Assembly: GCA_045580645.1 (NCBI GenBank)
Contig: JAZNOG010000039.1
Location: forward strand, 1-43,299
Direction of reading: 5' to 3'
Length of the DNA: 43,299 nt
Source: Bacilli bacterium
GTDB lineage: Bacteria > Bacillota_I > Bacilli_A > RF39 > UBA660
Shown piece after piece: positions 19,185-27,183 of this stretch. A program made the translations under genes and the position numbers. Within the stretch, counting starts at the first letter, position 1. Each line of letters starts with the position of its first letter. The notes beneath the pieces are model-generated. The model did no database searches. It was not told the origin of the DNA and saw only the letters and a program-made list of their open reading frames with translations.

Positions 19185-19730
19185 TCATATTTCCATTAAA
19201 TCTTTTTCCTTTTCTTTTACAAGTTCTTCAACTATTTTATTATAGTCATTAACTACATTTTGTAAATTATCAATTGTATTTTTTTCTACATCCTCTGGAA
19301 GCTTACCATCTTTAATATCTTCAATAACATCCCTTCTAATATTTCTAATAGCTATTCTTCCTTCTTCAGCATATTCCTTAACTTGTTTTACAAGTTCTCT
19401 TCTTCTTTCTTCAGTAAGTGGTGGAATAGTAATAAAAACTGATTCTCCATTATTATTTGGAGTAACACCTAAATTAGCTTCAAAAATAGCTTTTTCTATA
19501 GCACCTAAAATAGATCTATCAAAAGGTTTAATATTTAATTGTCTAGCTTCTGGAACAGAAATGGTAGCAAGTTGTTTAACAGGCGTAGGAACACCATAAT
19601 AAGATACCATAACAGAATCTAACATACTAGGATTAGCACGTCCTGCACGAACTGTTGCAAATCTATCTTCTAAATTCACAATTGCTTTATCCATTTTTTC
19701 TCTTGCTAAACTTAAATAATCAATATTCAT
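19185..19730 (-). CDS. frr: Ribosome recycling factor
   Basis: RFATVRAGRANPSMLD and PPLTEERRRELVK. The start is set at the ATG at 19730 with a GAGGAGA SD. The stop is TGA. Confidence 0.93.
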   Translation of the reverse strand: MNIDYLSLAREKMDKAIVNLEDRFATVRAGRANPSMLDSVMVSYYGVPTPVKQLATISVPEARQLNIKPFDRSILGAIEKAIFEANLGVTPNNNGESVFITIPPLTEERRRELVKQVKEYAEEGRIAIRNIRRDVIEDIKDGKLPEDVEKNTIDNLQNVVNDYNKIVEELVKEKEKDLMEI

Positions 19731-19775
19731 ATATTCATCTCTCCTCACATTAATTATACTATTTTAAAAGAAAAA

Positions 19776-19812
19776 AGAAAAGAAAAAATGCTTATTTTTA
19801 AAACTAAGCATT
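19776..19812 (-). terminator. Intrinsic terminator after tsf
   Basis: aatgctta (19787-19794) pairs with taagcatt (19805-19812), followed by a T-rich run on the minus strand. Confidence 0.6.
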
Positions 19813-19817
19813 TTCAA

Positions 19818-20696
19818 CTATCCATTGATTTGATTCATTACTTCTTCAGCAAAATTATCATTTCTTTTTTCAATACCTTCTCCAACTTCATATCTTATCA
19901 TACTGATAACTTCCATTCCATTGTTTTTAGCGTATTGTCCAACAGAAAGACCTGAATCTTTAATAAATGGTTGTTCTACAAGACATACTTCTTTATAGTA
20001 TTTTTTAATACGTCCTTCAACCATTTTTTCTGCTATTTCTGGAGTTTTTCCTTCATTAATAGCTTGTTCCTTATATATTTCTCTTTCTTTATTAAGTGCT
20101 TCTTCTGAAACACTAGAACTATCTAAATATAAAGGATTCATAGCAGCAACATGCATTGCTACATCCTTTGCTACATCTTTATCATTACCTTTTAAAACTG
20201 CAAGTGAAGTAATTCTTCCACCCATATGAGAATAAATTCCAAATACTTCATCATCATTTTTAACTACTTTTTCAAATCTTCTAAAACTAATTTTTTCTCC
20301 GATTTTAGCAGTTAATGCTACTACTGCATCAGCTATTGAAACTTTTTCATCTTCCATAATTTCTTTTTCTGCTTCTTCTATTGTTTTAGCATTACTATCA
20401 AATAAAGTTTTTGCTATATGATGAATTAAAGTTTTAAATTCTTCATTTCTAGCAACAAAATCTGTTTCACAATTTACTTCAACAATAACTCCATTGTTAT
20501 CATTACTTACAGCAAGTGTAAGCCCTTCTGCAGCAATTCTTTCCGCTTTCTTAGCAGCTTTAGAAATACCTTTTTCGCGAAGCCAAGTAATAGCTTCTTC
20601 CATATTTCCGTTAGATTCTTGTAGAGCCTTCTTGCAATCCATCATTCCAGCTCCAGTTTTTTCTCTTAACTCTTTAATATCTTGAGCACTAAACAT
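19818..20696 (-). CDS. tsf: Elongation factor Ts
   Basis: LREKTGAGMMDCKKAL UBA-like N-terminus; typical length. Confidence 0.95.
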   Translation of the reverse strand: MFSAQDIKELREKTGAGMMDCKKALQESNGNMEEAITWLREKGISKAAKKAERIAAEGLTLAVSNDNNGVIVEVNCETDFVARNEEFKTLIHHIAKTLFDSNAKTIEEAEKEIMEDEKVSIADAVVALTAKIGEKISFRRFEKVVKNDDEVFGIYSHMGGRITSLAVLKGNDKDVAKDVAMHVAAMNPLYLDSSSVSEEALNKEREIYKEQAINEGKTPEIAEKMVEGRIKKYYKEVCLVEQPFIKDSGLSVGQYAKNNGMEVISMIRYEVGEGIEKRNDNFAEEVMNQING

Positions 20697-20709
20697 ATCA
20701 AAACTCCTT

Positions 20710-21642
20710 TTATTTTAATTTTTCTATTAATTCAGCTTTTTTCATTGTGCTATAACCTTTAACTTCTTTATCTTTAGCCATTGCTTTTAATTCTGCTAAA
20801 GTTAAATCTTCAAGATTAACACTTTCTTTTACTTCTTCCTTTTTAACTTCCTTTTTTTCATTAGAAGTTTTAACTACTTTTTCTTCTTTCTTTACTTCTT
20901 TTTTAACTTCTTCTTTATCATGAGTTTCATTTTTATATTCAGTTACATAATTAATTACTTCATTACCATTAACTTCTGCAATTGCATTAGTTAAAGCACC
21001 AATAACTAATTTAACAGCTCTAACTGCATCGTCATTAGCAGGAATTACATAATCAACCATATCTGGATCACAATTTGTATCAACAATACCAAATACAGGT
21101 ATTTTTAATTTTCTTGCTTCCTTAATAGCAGTTTCTTCTGCTCTTGGATCAACAATAATAAGTGCATTAGGTAATTTCTTCATTTCTCTGATACCACAAA
21201 GATTTTTATTTAATTTTTCATATTCTTTTTTAATCTTAATAACTTCTTTTTTAGGTAATAATTCTAATACACCATCTTGTTCCATTTTTTCAATTTCTTC
21301 AAGTTTTTTAATTCTACCTCTAATAGTTCTGAAATTAGTTAAAGTTCCACCTAACCATCTTTCATTAACATAATACATGTTAGTTCTCTTAGCAGATTCT
21401 TCCATAGCTTCTTGAGCTTGTTTTTTAGTTCCAACATATAAGAATGTTCCACCATTTTCTGCTATTTCCTTAATTTTTGCATAAGCTTCTTCAATTAACT
21501 TAGCTGTTTTTTGTAAATCAATAATATAAATATCATCTCTTGATGTATAAATATATTCTCTCATTTTAGGATTCCATCTTCTCTTTTGATGTCCAAAATG
21601 AACTCCTGCTTCTAATAAATAATTCATTGACACTACTGTCAT
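20710..21642 (-). CDS. rpsB: 30S ribosomal protein S2 with a roughly 75-aa C-terminal extension (Lys/Glu linker plus Rho_N-like helix-extended-helix)
   Basis: The core is [19 protein letters not shown]... The tail is [15 protein letters not shown]...[31 protein letters not shown]. Confidence 0.93.
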   Translation of the reverse strand: MTVVSMNYLLEAGVHFGHQKRRWNPKMREYIYTSRDDIYIIDLQKTAKLIEEAYAKIKEIAENGGTFLYVGTKKQAQEAMEESAKRTNMYYVNERWLGGTLTNFRTIRGRIKKLEEIEKMEQDGVLELLPKKEVIKIKKEYEKLNKNLCGIREMKKLPNALIIVDPRAEETAIKEARKLKIPVFGIVDTNCDPDMVDYVIPANDDAVRAVKLVIGALTNAIAEVNGNEVINYVTEYKNETHDKEEVKKEVKKEEKVVKTSNEKKEVKKEEVKESVNLEDLTLAELKAMAKDKEVKGYSTMKKAELIEKLK

Positions 21643-21729
21643 TTTAATTCCTCCTTCGTTTTTACCTTCTATTAAATTCCAAATAATATCACCTAATTAG
21701 GCACTAGATATTACAATTCTTTAATATGA

Positions 21730-22251
21730 TTATTTTAAAGCGTTTAATAATTCAGCTTTTTTCATTGTACTATAACCTTCAATATTCTTATTTTTAGCAA
21801 GTTCTTTTAACTCTGCAACTGTCATAGCTTCAATGTTTTTTTCTTCCTTTTTAACTTCTTCTTTTTTTACTGTTTCTTTAACTACTTTTTTGTTTTCTAC
21901 TTTTCCAGTTTTAGCAACTTTTACTAAATTAGCAAAAGCTTCTTTGTCATAAATAGCAAGTTCAGATAACATTTTTCTATTAATTTCAATACCTGCTTTA
22001 TTTAATCCATCGATAAATTTAGAGTAACTAATATCATTAACTCTACACTCAGCATTAATTCTTGTAATCCATAATTTTCTAAAGTTTCTCTTAGTTTGTT
22101 TACGATCACGATATGCATATCTATCAGAATGCATTAATTGTTCTTGTGCAGTTTTATATAATCTATGTTTACTACCAAAATATCCTTCTGCTCTTTTTAA
22201 TACCTTTTTACGTCTTGCACGTGTTGCAACACTATTCTTAACTCTTGTCAT
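21730..22251 (-). CDS. rplT: 50S ribosomal protein L20 with a roughly 58-aa C-terminal extension (Lys/Glu linker plus Rho_N-like motif)
   Basis: The core is [15 protein letters not shown]... The tail is [53 protein letters not shown]. Confidence 0.93.
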   Translation of the reverse strand: MTRVKNSVATRARRKKVLKRAEGYFGSKHRLYKTAQEQLMHSDRYAYRDRKQTKRNFRKLWITRINAECRVNDISYSKFIDGLNKAGIEINRKMLSELAIYDKEAFANLVKVAKTGKVENKKVVKETVKKEEVKKEEKNIEAMTVAELKELAKNKNIEGYSTMKKAELLNALK

Positions 22252-22268
22252 GTTTTATACCTCCTTTA

Positions 22269-22466
22269 TTATATTACATTCTTGATTCTTTTTAAGTCAG
22301 AATTACTTAATTCAGAACCTTTTCTTTTGTCTCTATTAACTTTTCCAGATTTTTTACCAGTTTTGTGTAAAACTCCTCCTCTAGCTTTAGTAATAGAACC
22401 ACTTTGTCTAATGTTTAAAACTTTTTTGCTGGCTTTATGAGTTTTTGCCTTTACTTTCTTTGCCAT
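22269..22466 (-). CDS. rpmI: 50S ribosomal protein L35
   Basis: A 65-aa basic protein (KTHKASKK..) between infC and rplT. Confidence 0.93.
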   Translation of the reverse strand: MAKKVKAKTHKASKKVLNIRQSGSITKARGGVLHKTGKKSGKVNRDKRKGSELSNSDLKRIKNVI

Positions 22467-22477
22467 ATTTTTTCCTC

Positions 22478-23008
22478 CTACTTTTCTTTTTTTGGTGCAA
22501 GTAACATTGTCATGTTTCTTCCTTCAAGTTTAGCCTTTTGCTCGATAACAGCAATATCTTTAACTCTATCAGAAAATTTATTCATTATTTCTTCTCCAAG
22601 TTCAGGATGAGCCATTTGTCTTCCTTTGAACTTAATACTTAATTTAACCTTATGACCTTTTTCTAAATACTTAGAAGCATTTCTAAGTTTAGTTTCAAAA
22701 TCACCAACATCGATTACTGGTGATAAGCGATATTCCTTAAGTTCAACAGCATTTGCTTGTTGTTTTTTTCTGGCTTCCTTTTGTTTTTTAGCTTTCTCAT
22801 ACTTAAACTTGTTGTAATCCATAATCTTACATACTGCAGGATTTGCATTAGGACTAATTAATACTAAATCAAGCCCTGCATAATTTGAAATAGTTAAAGC
22901 ATCCTTTATAGGTTTAACTCCAAGTTGTTCCCCATTTGGGCCAATTACTAATACATGACTAATTTTAATTTGTTCATTACATAACAAATCATTTTCTTTG
23001 TTAGCTAT
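22478..23008 (-). CDS. infC: Translation initiation factor IF-3, probably starting at an ATA codon
   Basis: NEQIKISHVLVIGPNGEQLGV...KFKGRQMAHPELG. The SD GGAGGTG (23021-23015) lies 6 nt before ATA (23008-23006). The upstream ATG at 23023 overlaps the SD itself. Confidence 0.85.
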   Translation of the reverse strand: MANKENDLLCNEQIKISHVLVIGPNGEQLGVKPIKDALTISNYAGLDLVLISPNANPAVCKIMDYNKFKYEKAKKQKEARKKQQANAVELKEYRLSPVIDVGDFETKLRNASKYLEKGHKVKLSIKFKGRQMAHPELGEEIMNKFSDRVKDIAVIEQKAKLEGRNMTMLLAPKKEK

Positions 23009-23153
23009 ACTAAACACCTCCATAAAATATAAAAAGAATGCGAAATGCATTCTAAAATCCACACCATAAAAACATCATATAAATCATGTCTGGCTTTTGA
23101 CCTACAGCTACTCGCTATCAGGTGGATATAATACATCTCTTTCCTTTTTTACA
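23009..23153 (-). ncRNA. L20-leader-like 5' UTR with an attenuator terminator
   Basis: A roughly 145-nt leader lies between a perfect promoter and the infC SD. The terminator agaatgc/gcattct (23035-23053) plus a T-run sits just before the SD. Upstream complementary segments (AUCCACC ... GGUGUGGAU) also fit. Position and logic match the Firmicute L20 leader. Confidence 0.55.
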
Positions 23154-23159
23154 ATCAAG

Positions 23160-23188
23160 ATTATACTAGTTTTATATGTATTTGTCAA
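23160..23188 (-). promoter_or_regulatory. Consensus sigma-A promoter of infC-rpmI-rplT
   Basis: On the minus strand: TTGACA (23188-23183), 17 nt, TATAAT (23165-23160). Confidence 0.75.
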
Positions 23189-23203
23189 TAAATTTATGCA
23201 ATT

Positions 23204-24427
23204 TTACTGATTTATTGGGAATTTTTTAGTTAATTCAAGAACATCTCTAGATATTTCATCTAAAACTTCTTCATTATCTATATTTTTTAGAGCTTTATCG
23301 ATTAAATTTGCAAGCAGAACAAACTCTTCTTCTTTAAATCCTCTAGTAGTCATCGCAGGAGTTCCAAGTCGAATTCCACTTGTTACATTTGGAGACTCTT
23401 CATCATATGGAATAGTATTCTTATTACATGTAATATAAACTCTATCTAAAACCTTTTCGGCTTCTTTTCCACTGATTCCATAAGAAGATTTTACATCTAA
23501 AAGTAACAAATGATTTTCTGTCCCCCCTGCTACTACTCTAACACCTAAATTGATAAAAGAATCACTAAATACCCTAGCATTTTTAACTACTTGTTTTTGA
23601 TATTCCTTAAATTCATCAGATAATGCTTCATAAAAACATTGTGCCTTTGCACCAATAACGTGCATTAAAGGACCACCTTGAATTCCTGGGAATATTGTTT
23701 TATTTATTTTCTTACTAATTTCTTCATCATTAGTTAAAATTATTCCTCCACGAGGACCTCTAAGTGTTTTATGTGTTGTAGAGGTTACTACATCTGCATA
23801 AGGAACTGGACTAGGATGAACACCCGCTGCAACAAGACCAGCAATATGAGCCATATCTACCATTAAATAAGCACCACATTTATCTGCAATCTCTCTAAAC
23901 CTTTTAAAATCTATAATTTTAGAATAAGCACTACCACCTGCAATAATCATTTTAGGTTTTTCTTCCATAGCAAGTTTTTCAAGTTCCTCATAATCTATTT
24001 CTTCTGTTTCTTTATTAACGTTATAAGAAACAATTTCATAATCAATGCCACTAAAATTTATAAAATGTCCATGAGTTAAATGACCACCATGAGATAAATT
24101 CATGCCCATTACTTTATCACCACGATTTAATAAAGATCTATAAACAGCCATATTTGCACTACTACCTGAATGAGGTTGAACATTTGCATACTTACATTCA
24201 AATAACTCTTTTAAATAATCTATAGCTTTATTTTCAAAAATATCTACATATTCGCATCCACCATAATATCTTCTTCCAGGATACCCTTCTGCATACTTAT
24301 TAGTTAAAATACTTCCTTGAAGAGCAAGAACATCCTTTGATACATAATTTTCAGATGCAATAAGTTCAACATTATTATTTTGCCTTTCCAACTCTTTTTC
24401 TAAAGCTTCTTTTAATACTTTATCCAT
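23204..24427 (-). CDS. glyA: Serine hydroxymethyltransferase
   Basis: [15 protein letters not shown]-lysine motif; [10 protein letters not shown]. Confidence 0.95.
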   Translation of the reverse strand: MDKVLKEALEKELERQNNNVELIASENYVSKDVLALQGSILTNKYAEGYPGRRYYGGCEYVDIFENKAIDYLKELFECKYANVQPHSGSSANMAVYRSLLNRGDKVMGMNLSHGGHLTHGHFINFSGIDYEIVSYNVNKETEEIDYEELEKLAMEEKPKMIIAGGSAYSKIIDFKRFREIADKCGAYLMVDMAHIAGLVAAGVHPSPVPYADVVTSTTHKTLRGPRGGIILTNDEEISKKINKTIFPGIQGGPLMHVIGAKAQCFYEALSDEFKEYQKQVVKNARVFSDSFINLGVRVVAGGTENHLLLLDVKSSYGISGKEAEKVLDRVYITCNKNTIPYDEESPNVTSGIRLGTPAMTTRGFKEEEFVLLANLIDKALKNIDNEEVLDEISRDVLELTKKFPINQ

Positions 24428-24469
24428 ACTTCAATCATCCTCCATAAACATTATACTATTGAAACAAAA

Positions 24470-24502
24470 TAAAAAAAAGATATATTTTAATTTAATATAT
24501 CT
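24470..24502 (-). terminator. Intrinsic terminator after the 476-aa gene
   Basis: agatatat (24478-24485) pairs with atatatct (24495-24502), followed by T8 on the minus strand. Confidence 0.65.
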
Positions 24503-25931
24503 ATCTTGAACTAACTCTTTTATTATCACTTACATAAGAGACAATTCTTTTTTCTACCTCAATACCCATCAAAGGATTATTTACATCAACATTAGTATTT
24601 CTTTTAGTCATTGACGGATAATTTAAATAATCACTCATTTTTTTCTTGACAAAAACACCAACAATCAAATGATTATTTTCAGAAATATGCTTAACAAGAA
24701 TTCTAATAAAATCACTTTTCAACTTTTTATAACCATTTAATCTAATATCATTACCAGAAAATGTTTCAATATGTTTTTTTGTTAAAATACCCTTTTTAAA
24801 ATCAAATAACAAACTGCCAACCCTAGATAAATATTCCTCAGGAACATCCTTTAAATCTTTTTCAAAATAAGAAACAGAATTTTCATCTACATCTCCAGGA
24901 AAAGCAAAATACAAATTATTAACAGCATCTTCTTCAATTAAATCTTCATATTTTTCACTTTTATATAAACTAATAGAGTTTTCCCTATAATCCCTTAACA
25001 TATTATAAAGTTCAACATATTTATTAAATTCTTTTACACATTCAGTTCTTAAATTTTCATCTAAATAAAATCCTTTTTCATCATAAAAAGAAGAAACTTC
25101 ATATATTTTATCTTGTAATTTTAATAACAAAGAATCAATAACAAATGAAAATCCATTTAAAGAATAATTTTTATCATCTAAAACAACATCATTAGAAAAC
25201 TCTTCAAAATCAAACATAGAAGAATCCATCAAAGAAGCATAACCACCCACTATAAAAGAAAGTTTCTTTTTCTCACTATCCTCTAAAACAGGAAGTTCAA
25301 TTTCTTCATAACCAAAATCAACCATATTTAATATTGAAATAGAATCATCAGTTAAAACAGAATTACTATTAAACATTCTAATGTTTTCAAATAATCTAAT
25401 TTGATCATTAAACTCAAATTCTTTTTCAATTACATCTTTAGATAACATCTCAAGTTCTACATCAGTTAAAGGACAATCACACTTAAAACTTCTAAGTATA
25501 TTTTTATACTTAACAATATCTTCTCTAGAAAATCCATCATATTCTTTTAATTTATTTTCTGAAGATGATAAATCAACAATTAAACGAGATTTAAATTCAT
25601 TTATAAATGTAATAACCCTTTTTATTTCATCAGAATAAAGATCAACACCATTAGAAACATAAGTATTAAAAGCATTTACATTTCTAACTAAATCCCTAAA
25701 AAGATTTTGATATTCACCATTAGTAAATATCTTGTTTATCAATCTACTAATATTATCAAGTTCAACTCCAATAGCAGCATAATCAGTAAGTTCAAAACAC
25801 TCAACTAACTCATTTAAAAGTGTAACTCTTTCATTCAAAACTTCCTTTTCAATATTTTTTTCCTCTAAAAAAAGAAGTCTATTGTTAATAGAAGAAAAAA
25901 GTTTATCAAATAATTCTTTATATTTTTCCAT
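24501..25931 (-). CDS. Hypothetical protein (about 476 aa): helical N-terminal region plus a RelE/ParE-like C-terminal pattern
   Basis: The start is set at MEKYKELF (25931) with a GGTGA SD. The C-terminal part reads YFEKDLKDVPEEY...FSGNDIRLNGYKKLKSDFIRILVKHISENNHLIVGVFVKKK. No homologue recognised. Confidence 0.55.
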   Translation of the reverse strand: MEKYKELFDKLFSSINNRLLFLEEKNIEKEVLNERVTLLNELVECFELTDYAAIGVELDNISRLINKIFTNGEYQNLFRDLVRNVNAFNTYVSNGVDLYSDEIKRVITFINEFKSRLIVDLSSSENKLKEYDGFSREDIVKYKNILRSFKCDCPLTDVELEMLSKDVIEKEFEFNDQIRLFENIRMFNSNSVLTDDSISILNMVDFGYEEIELPVLEDSEKKKLSFIVGGYASLMDSSMFDFEEFSNDVVLDDKNYSLNGFSFVIDSLLLKLQDKIYEVSSFYDEKGFYLDENLRTECVKEFNKYVELYNMLRDYRENSISLYKSEKYEDLIEEDAVNNLYFAFPGDVDENSVSYFEKDLKDVPEEYLSRVGSLLFDFKKGILTKKHIETFSGNDIRLNGYKKLKSDFIRILVKHISENNHLIVGVFVKKKMSDYLNYPSMTKRNTNVDVNNPLMGIEVEKRIVSYVSDNKRVSSR

Positions 25932-26021
25932 AACATCACCATATCCATAATACAATTATACTATAAAAACTAAAAATAGAGAATAGTTTTAAAAACACCA
26001 AATAAAATTAACCAAAAATTA

Positions 26022-26050
26022 TTGTTTTATAAACAATTGTTTGATATAAT
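26022..26050 (+). promoter_or_regulatory. Candidate promoter of the 25-codon ORF
   Basis: TTGTTT (26022-26027), 17 nt, then TGaTATAAT (extended -10, with TATAAT at 26045-26050). Confidence 0.45.
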
Positions 26051-26128
26051 ATTTATGGATACATTTGAAAATATATCAGATGCTTTCCCTTTCAAATATC
26101 ATATGATAAATGAAAGGTGGTGATATTT

Positions 26129-26206
26129 ATGACTAAAAGAGAATTTTCTCTATTTATTATAATATTACTCCTATTTCTAGTTGTAATAATTTTACTTCTT
26201 AAATAG
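26129..26206 (+). CDS. Uncalled 25-aa hydrophobic peptide (candidate type I toxin)
   Basis: The SD GAAAGGTGGTGA precedes the ATG at 26129. Translation: MTKREFSLFIIILLLFLVVIILLLK, stop TAG at 26204-26206. It is too short for the ORF track. Confidence 0.45.
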   Translation: MTKREFSLFIIILLLFLVVIILLLK

Positions 26207-26319
26207 AAAAAGCATCTGATTTCAACATAAGTTGATTTCAGATGCAACCCAAATAAGGGAACGCATTTGATTCCGACAATCAAATGTATTCTTTTTTATT
26301 TTATGCAAGTTTCCTTGAC
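26207..26319 (-). ncRNA. Candidate antisense sRNA convergent with the 25-codon ORF transcript
   Basis: It is bounded by the minus-strand promoter at 26326-26354 and by a 15-position hairpin (13 pairs, 26212-26245) followed by T5 on the minus strand. It overlaps the 3' UTR and terminator (26264-26297) of the plus-strand transcript. Confidence 0.35.
26264..26297 (+). terminator. Candidate terminator of the small-ORF transcript
   Basis: catttgatt (26264-26272) pairs with aatcaaatg (26278-26286), followed by tattcTTTTTT. Confidence 0.45.
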
Positions 26320-26325
26320 ATATTC

Positions 26326-26354
26326 ATAATAACATATTTTCACAATTTTGTCAA
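26326..26354 (-). promoter_or_regulatory. Candidate promoter of the antisense sRNA
   Basis: On the minus strand: TTGACA (26354-26349), 17 nt, then TGtTATTAT (-10 at 26331-26326). Confidence 0.45.
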
Positions 26355-26404
26355 AAATAACATTGCAAAATAAAACCCTCGATAAACAAGGGTAAAATAC
26401 ATAT

Positions 26405-26481
26405 TGGTGGAGAATAAGGGATTCGAACCCTTGACCCCCTGCGTGCAAGGCAGGTGCTCTAGCCAGCTGAGCTAATTCCCC
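26405..26481 (-). tRNA. tRNA-Ala (anticodon UGC), CCA encoded
   Basis: The reverse complement is GGGGAATTAGCTCAGCTGGCTAGAGCACCTGCCTTGCACGCAGGGGGTCAAGGGTTCGAATCCCTTATTCTCCACCA. It folds as a cloverleaf with the G3:U70 alanine identity pair and the anticodon loop CTTGCAC. Confidence 0.95.
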
Positions 26482-26512
26482 AAATATGTCCAAAATTAAT
26501 CGGACATTTTTA

Positions 26513-26540
26513 ATTATACTTATATTTTTTAATTTGTCAA
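26513..26540 (-). promoter_or_regulatory. Sigma-A promoter in front of tRNA-Ala
   Basis: On the minus strand: TTGACA (26540-26535), 16 nt, TATAAT (26518-26513). Confidence 0.6.
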
Positions 26541-26546
26541 GTAATT

Positions 26547-26795
26547 TTATATACTATCTACATTAATTTTTATTAATTTATTATCTCTTGTCCAGCTACT
26601 TGCTTGAACTAAAGTCCTAATAGCGTTAATTACTTTACCATTTTTTCCTATTACTCTAGCCATATCTTCTTCAGATACCATCACTTGAATCAATAAAGTA
26701 TTTTCCTCTTCAGTAGGAAATTCCTTAACAGCAACCATATCTTTATCAACAGTTATAGCTAAAATCAAATCTTCTGTTAACTTCAATAAATCCAT
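26547..26795 (-). CDS. KH-domain RNA-binding protein (YlqC family)
   Basis: VIGKNGKVINAIRTLV GXXG KH motif. It lies directly after rpsP, as in many Firmicutes. Confidence 0.88.
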   Translation of the reverse strand: MDLLKLTEDLILAITVDKDMVAVKEFPTEEENTLLIQVMVSEEDMARVIGKNGKVINAIRTLVQASSWTRDNKLIKINVDSI

Positions 26796-26797
26796 AA

Positions 26798-27070
26798 TTA
26801 CTTACTACTTCTTTCTTCATGGAATTTTTTAAGTATTCCTGCCTTACTAAATAAATCTCTAGTAGTGTCAGTCATAATCGCACCATTTCTTAACCATTTT
26901 AAAGCTACTTCTTCATTGATTTTTACTTCAGCTGGTTCAGTTAAAGGATTATAAAAACCAACTAATTCAAGGTATTCACCATCTCTTGGAGATCTAGAAT
27001 CAGTTGCAACAATACGATAACTTGGTCTTTTCTTTGATCCCATTCTTGTTAATCTTAATTTTACTGCCAT
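26798..27070 (-). CDS. rpsP: 30S ribosomal protein S16
   Basis: [22 protein letters not shown].. Confidence 0.95.
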   Translation of the reverse strand: MAVKLRLTRMGSKKRPSYRIVATDSRSPRDGEYLELVGFYNPLTEPAEVKINEEVALKWLRNGAIMTDTTRDLFSKAGILKKFHEERSSK

Positions 27071-27100
27071 AATTTCACTCCTTCCTCTAATTCATTTAGT

Positions 27101-27146
27101 AGTATAAACCAAAAAATAACGCTTGTCAACCAAAAAATGTTGACAA
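27101..27146 (-). promoter_or_regulatory. rpsP promoter with an inverted repeat over the -35
   Basis: On the minus strand: TTGACA (27129-27124), 17 nt, TATACT (27106-27101). An 8-bp inverted repeat, ttgtcaac (27123-27130) and gttgacaa (27139-27146), overlaps the -35. Confidence 0.55.
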
Positions 27147-27157
27147 TCAAATATATT

Positions 27158-27183
27158 TATAAAAAAAACTCAAAACTGAGTTT
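27158..27183 (-). terminator. Intrinsic terminator of cotE
   Basis: aaactca (27166-27172) pairs with tgagttt (27177-27183), followed by a T-run on the minus strand. Confidence 0.6.

Noticed and set aside
21643-21729. Possible structured rpsB leader around the CCTAATTAGG palindrome
   Set aside because: I see only a short zero-loop palindrome and a 5-bp outer stem, with no convincing terminator or known leader fold. The evidence is not enough to call an RNA element.
20710-21906. S2 and L20 C-terminal tails as artefactual fusions with downstream ORFs
   Set aside because: Both frames are continuous, with no stop or obvious homopolymer slip at the junction. Both end at normal stops followed by intergenic DNA. 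Having the same module on two different genes argues against a random read-through. Resequencing would still be the formal test.
26092-26493. Track ORFs 26092..26283 and 26296..26493 (minus strand)
   Set aside because: The second runs straight through the tRNA-Ala gene. The first is antisense to the SD-bearing 25-codon ORF and spans the two terminator hairpins. Neither has an SD.
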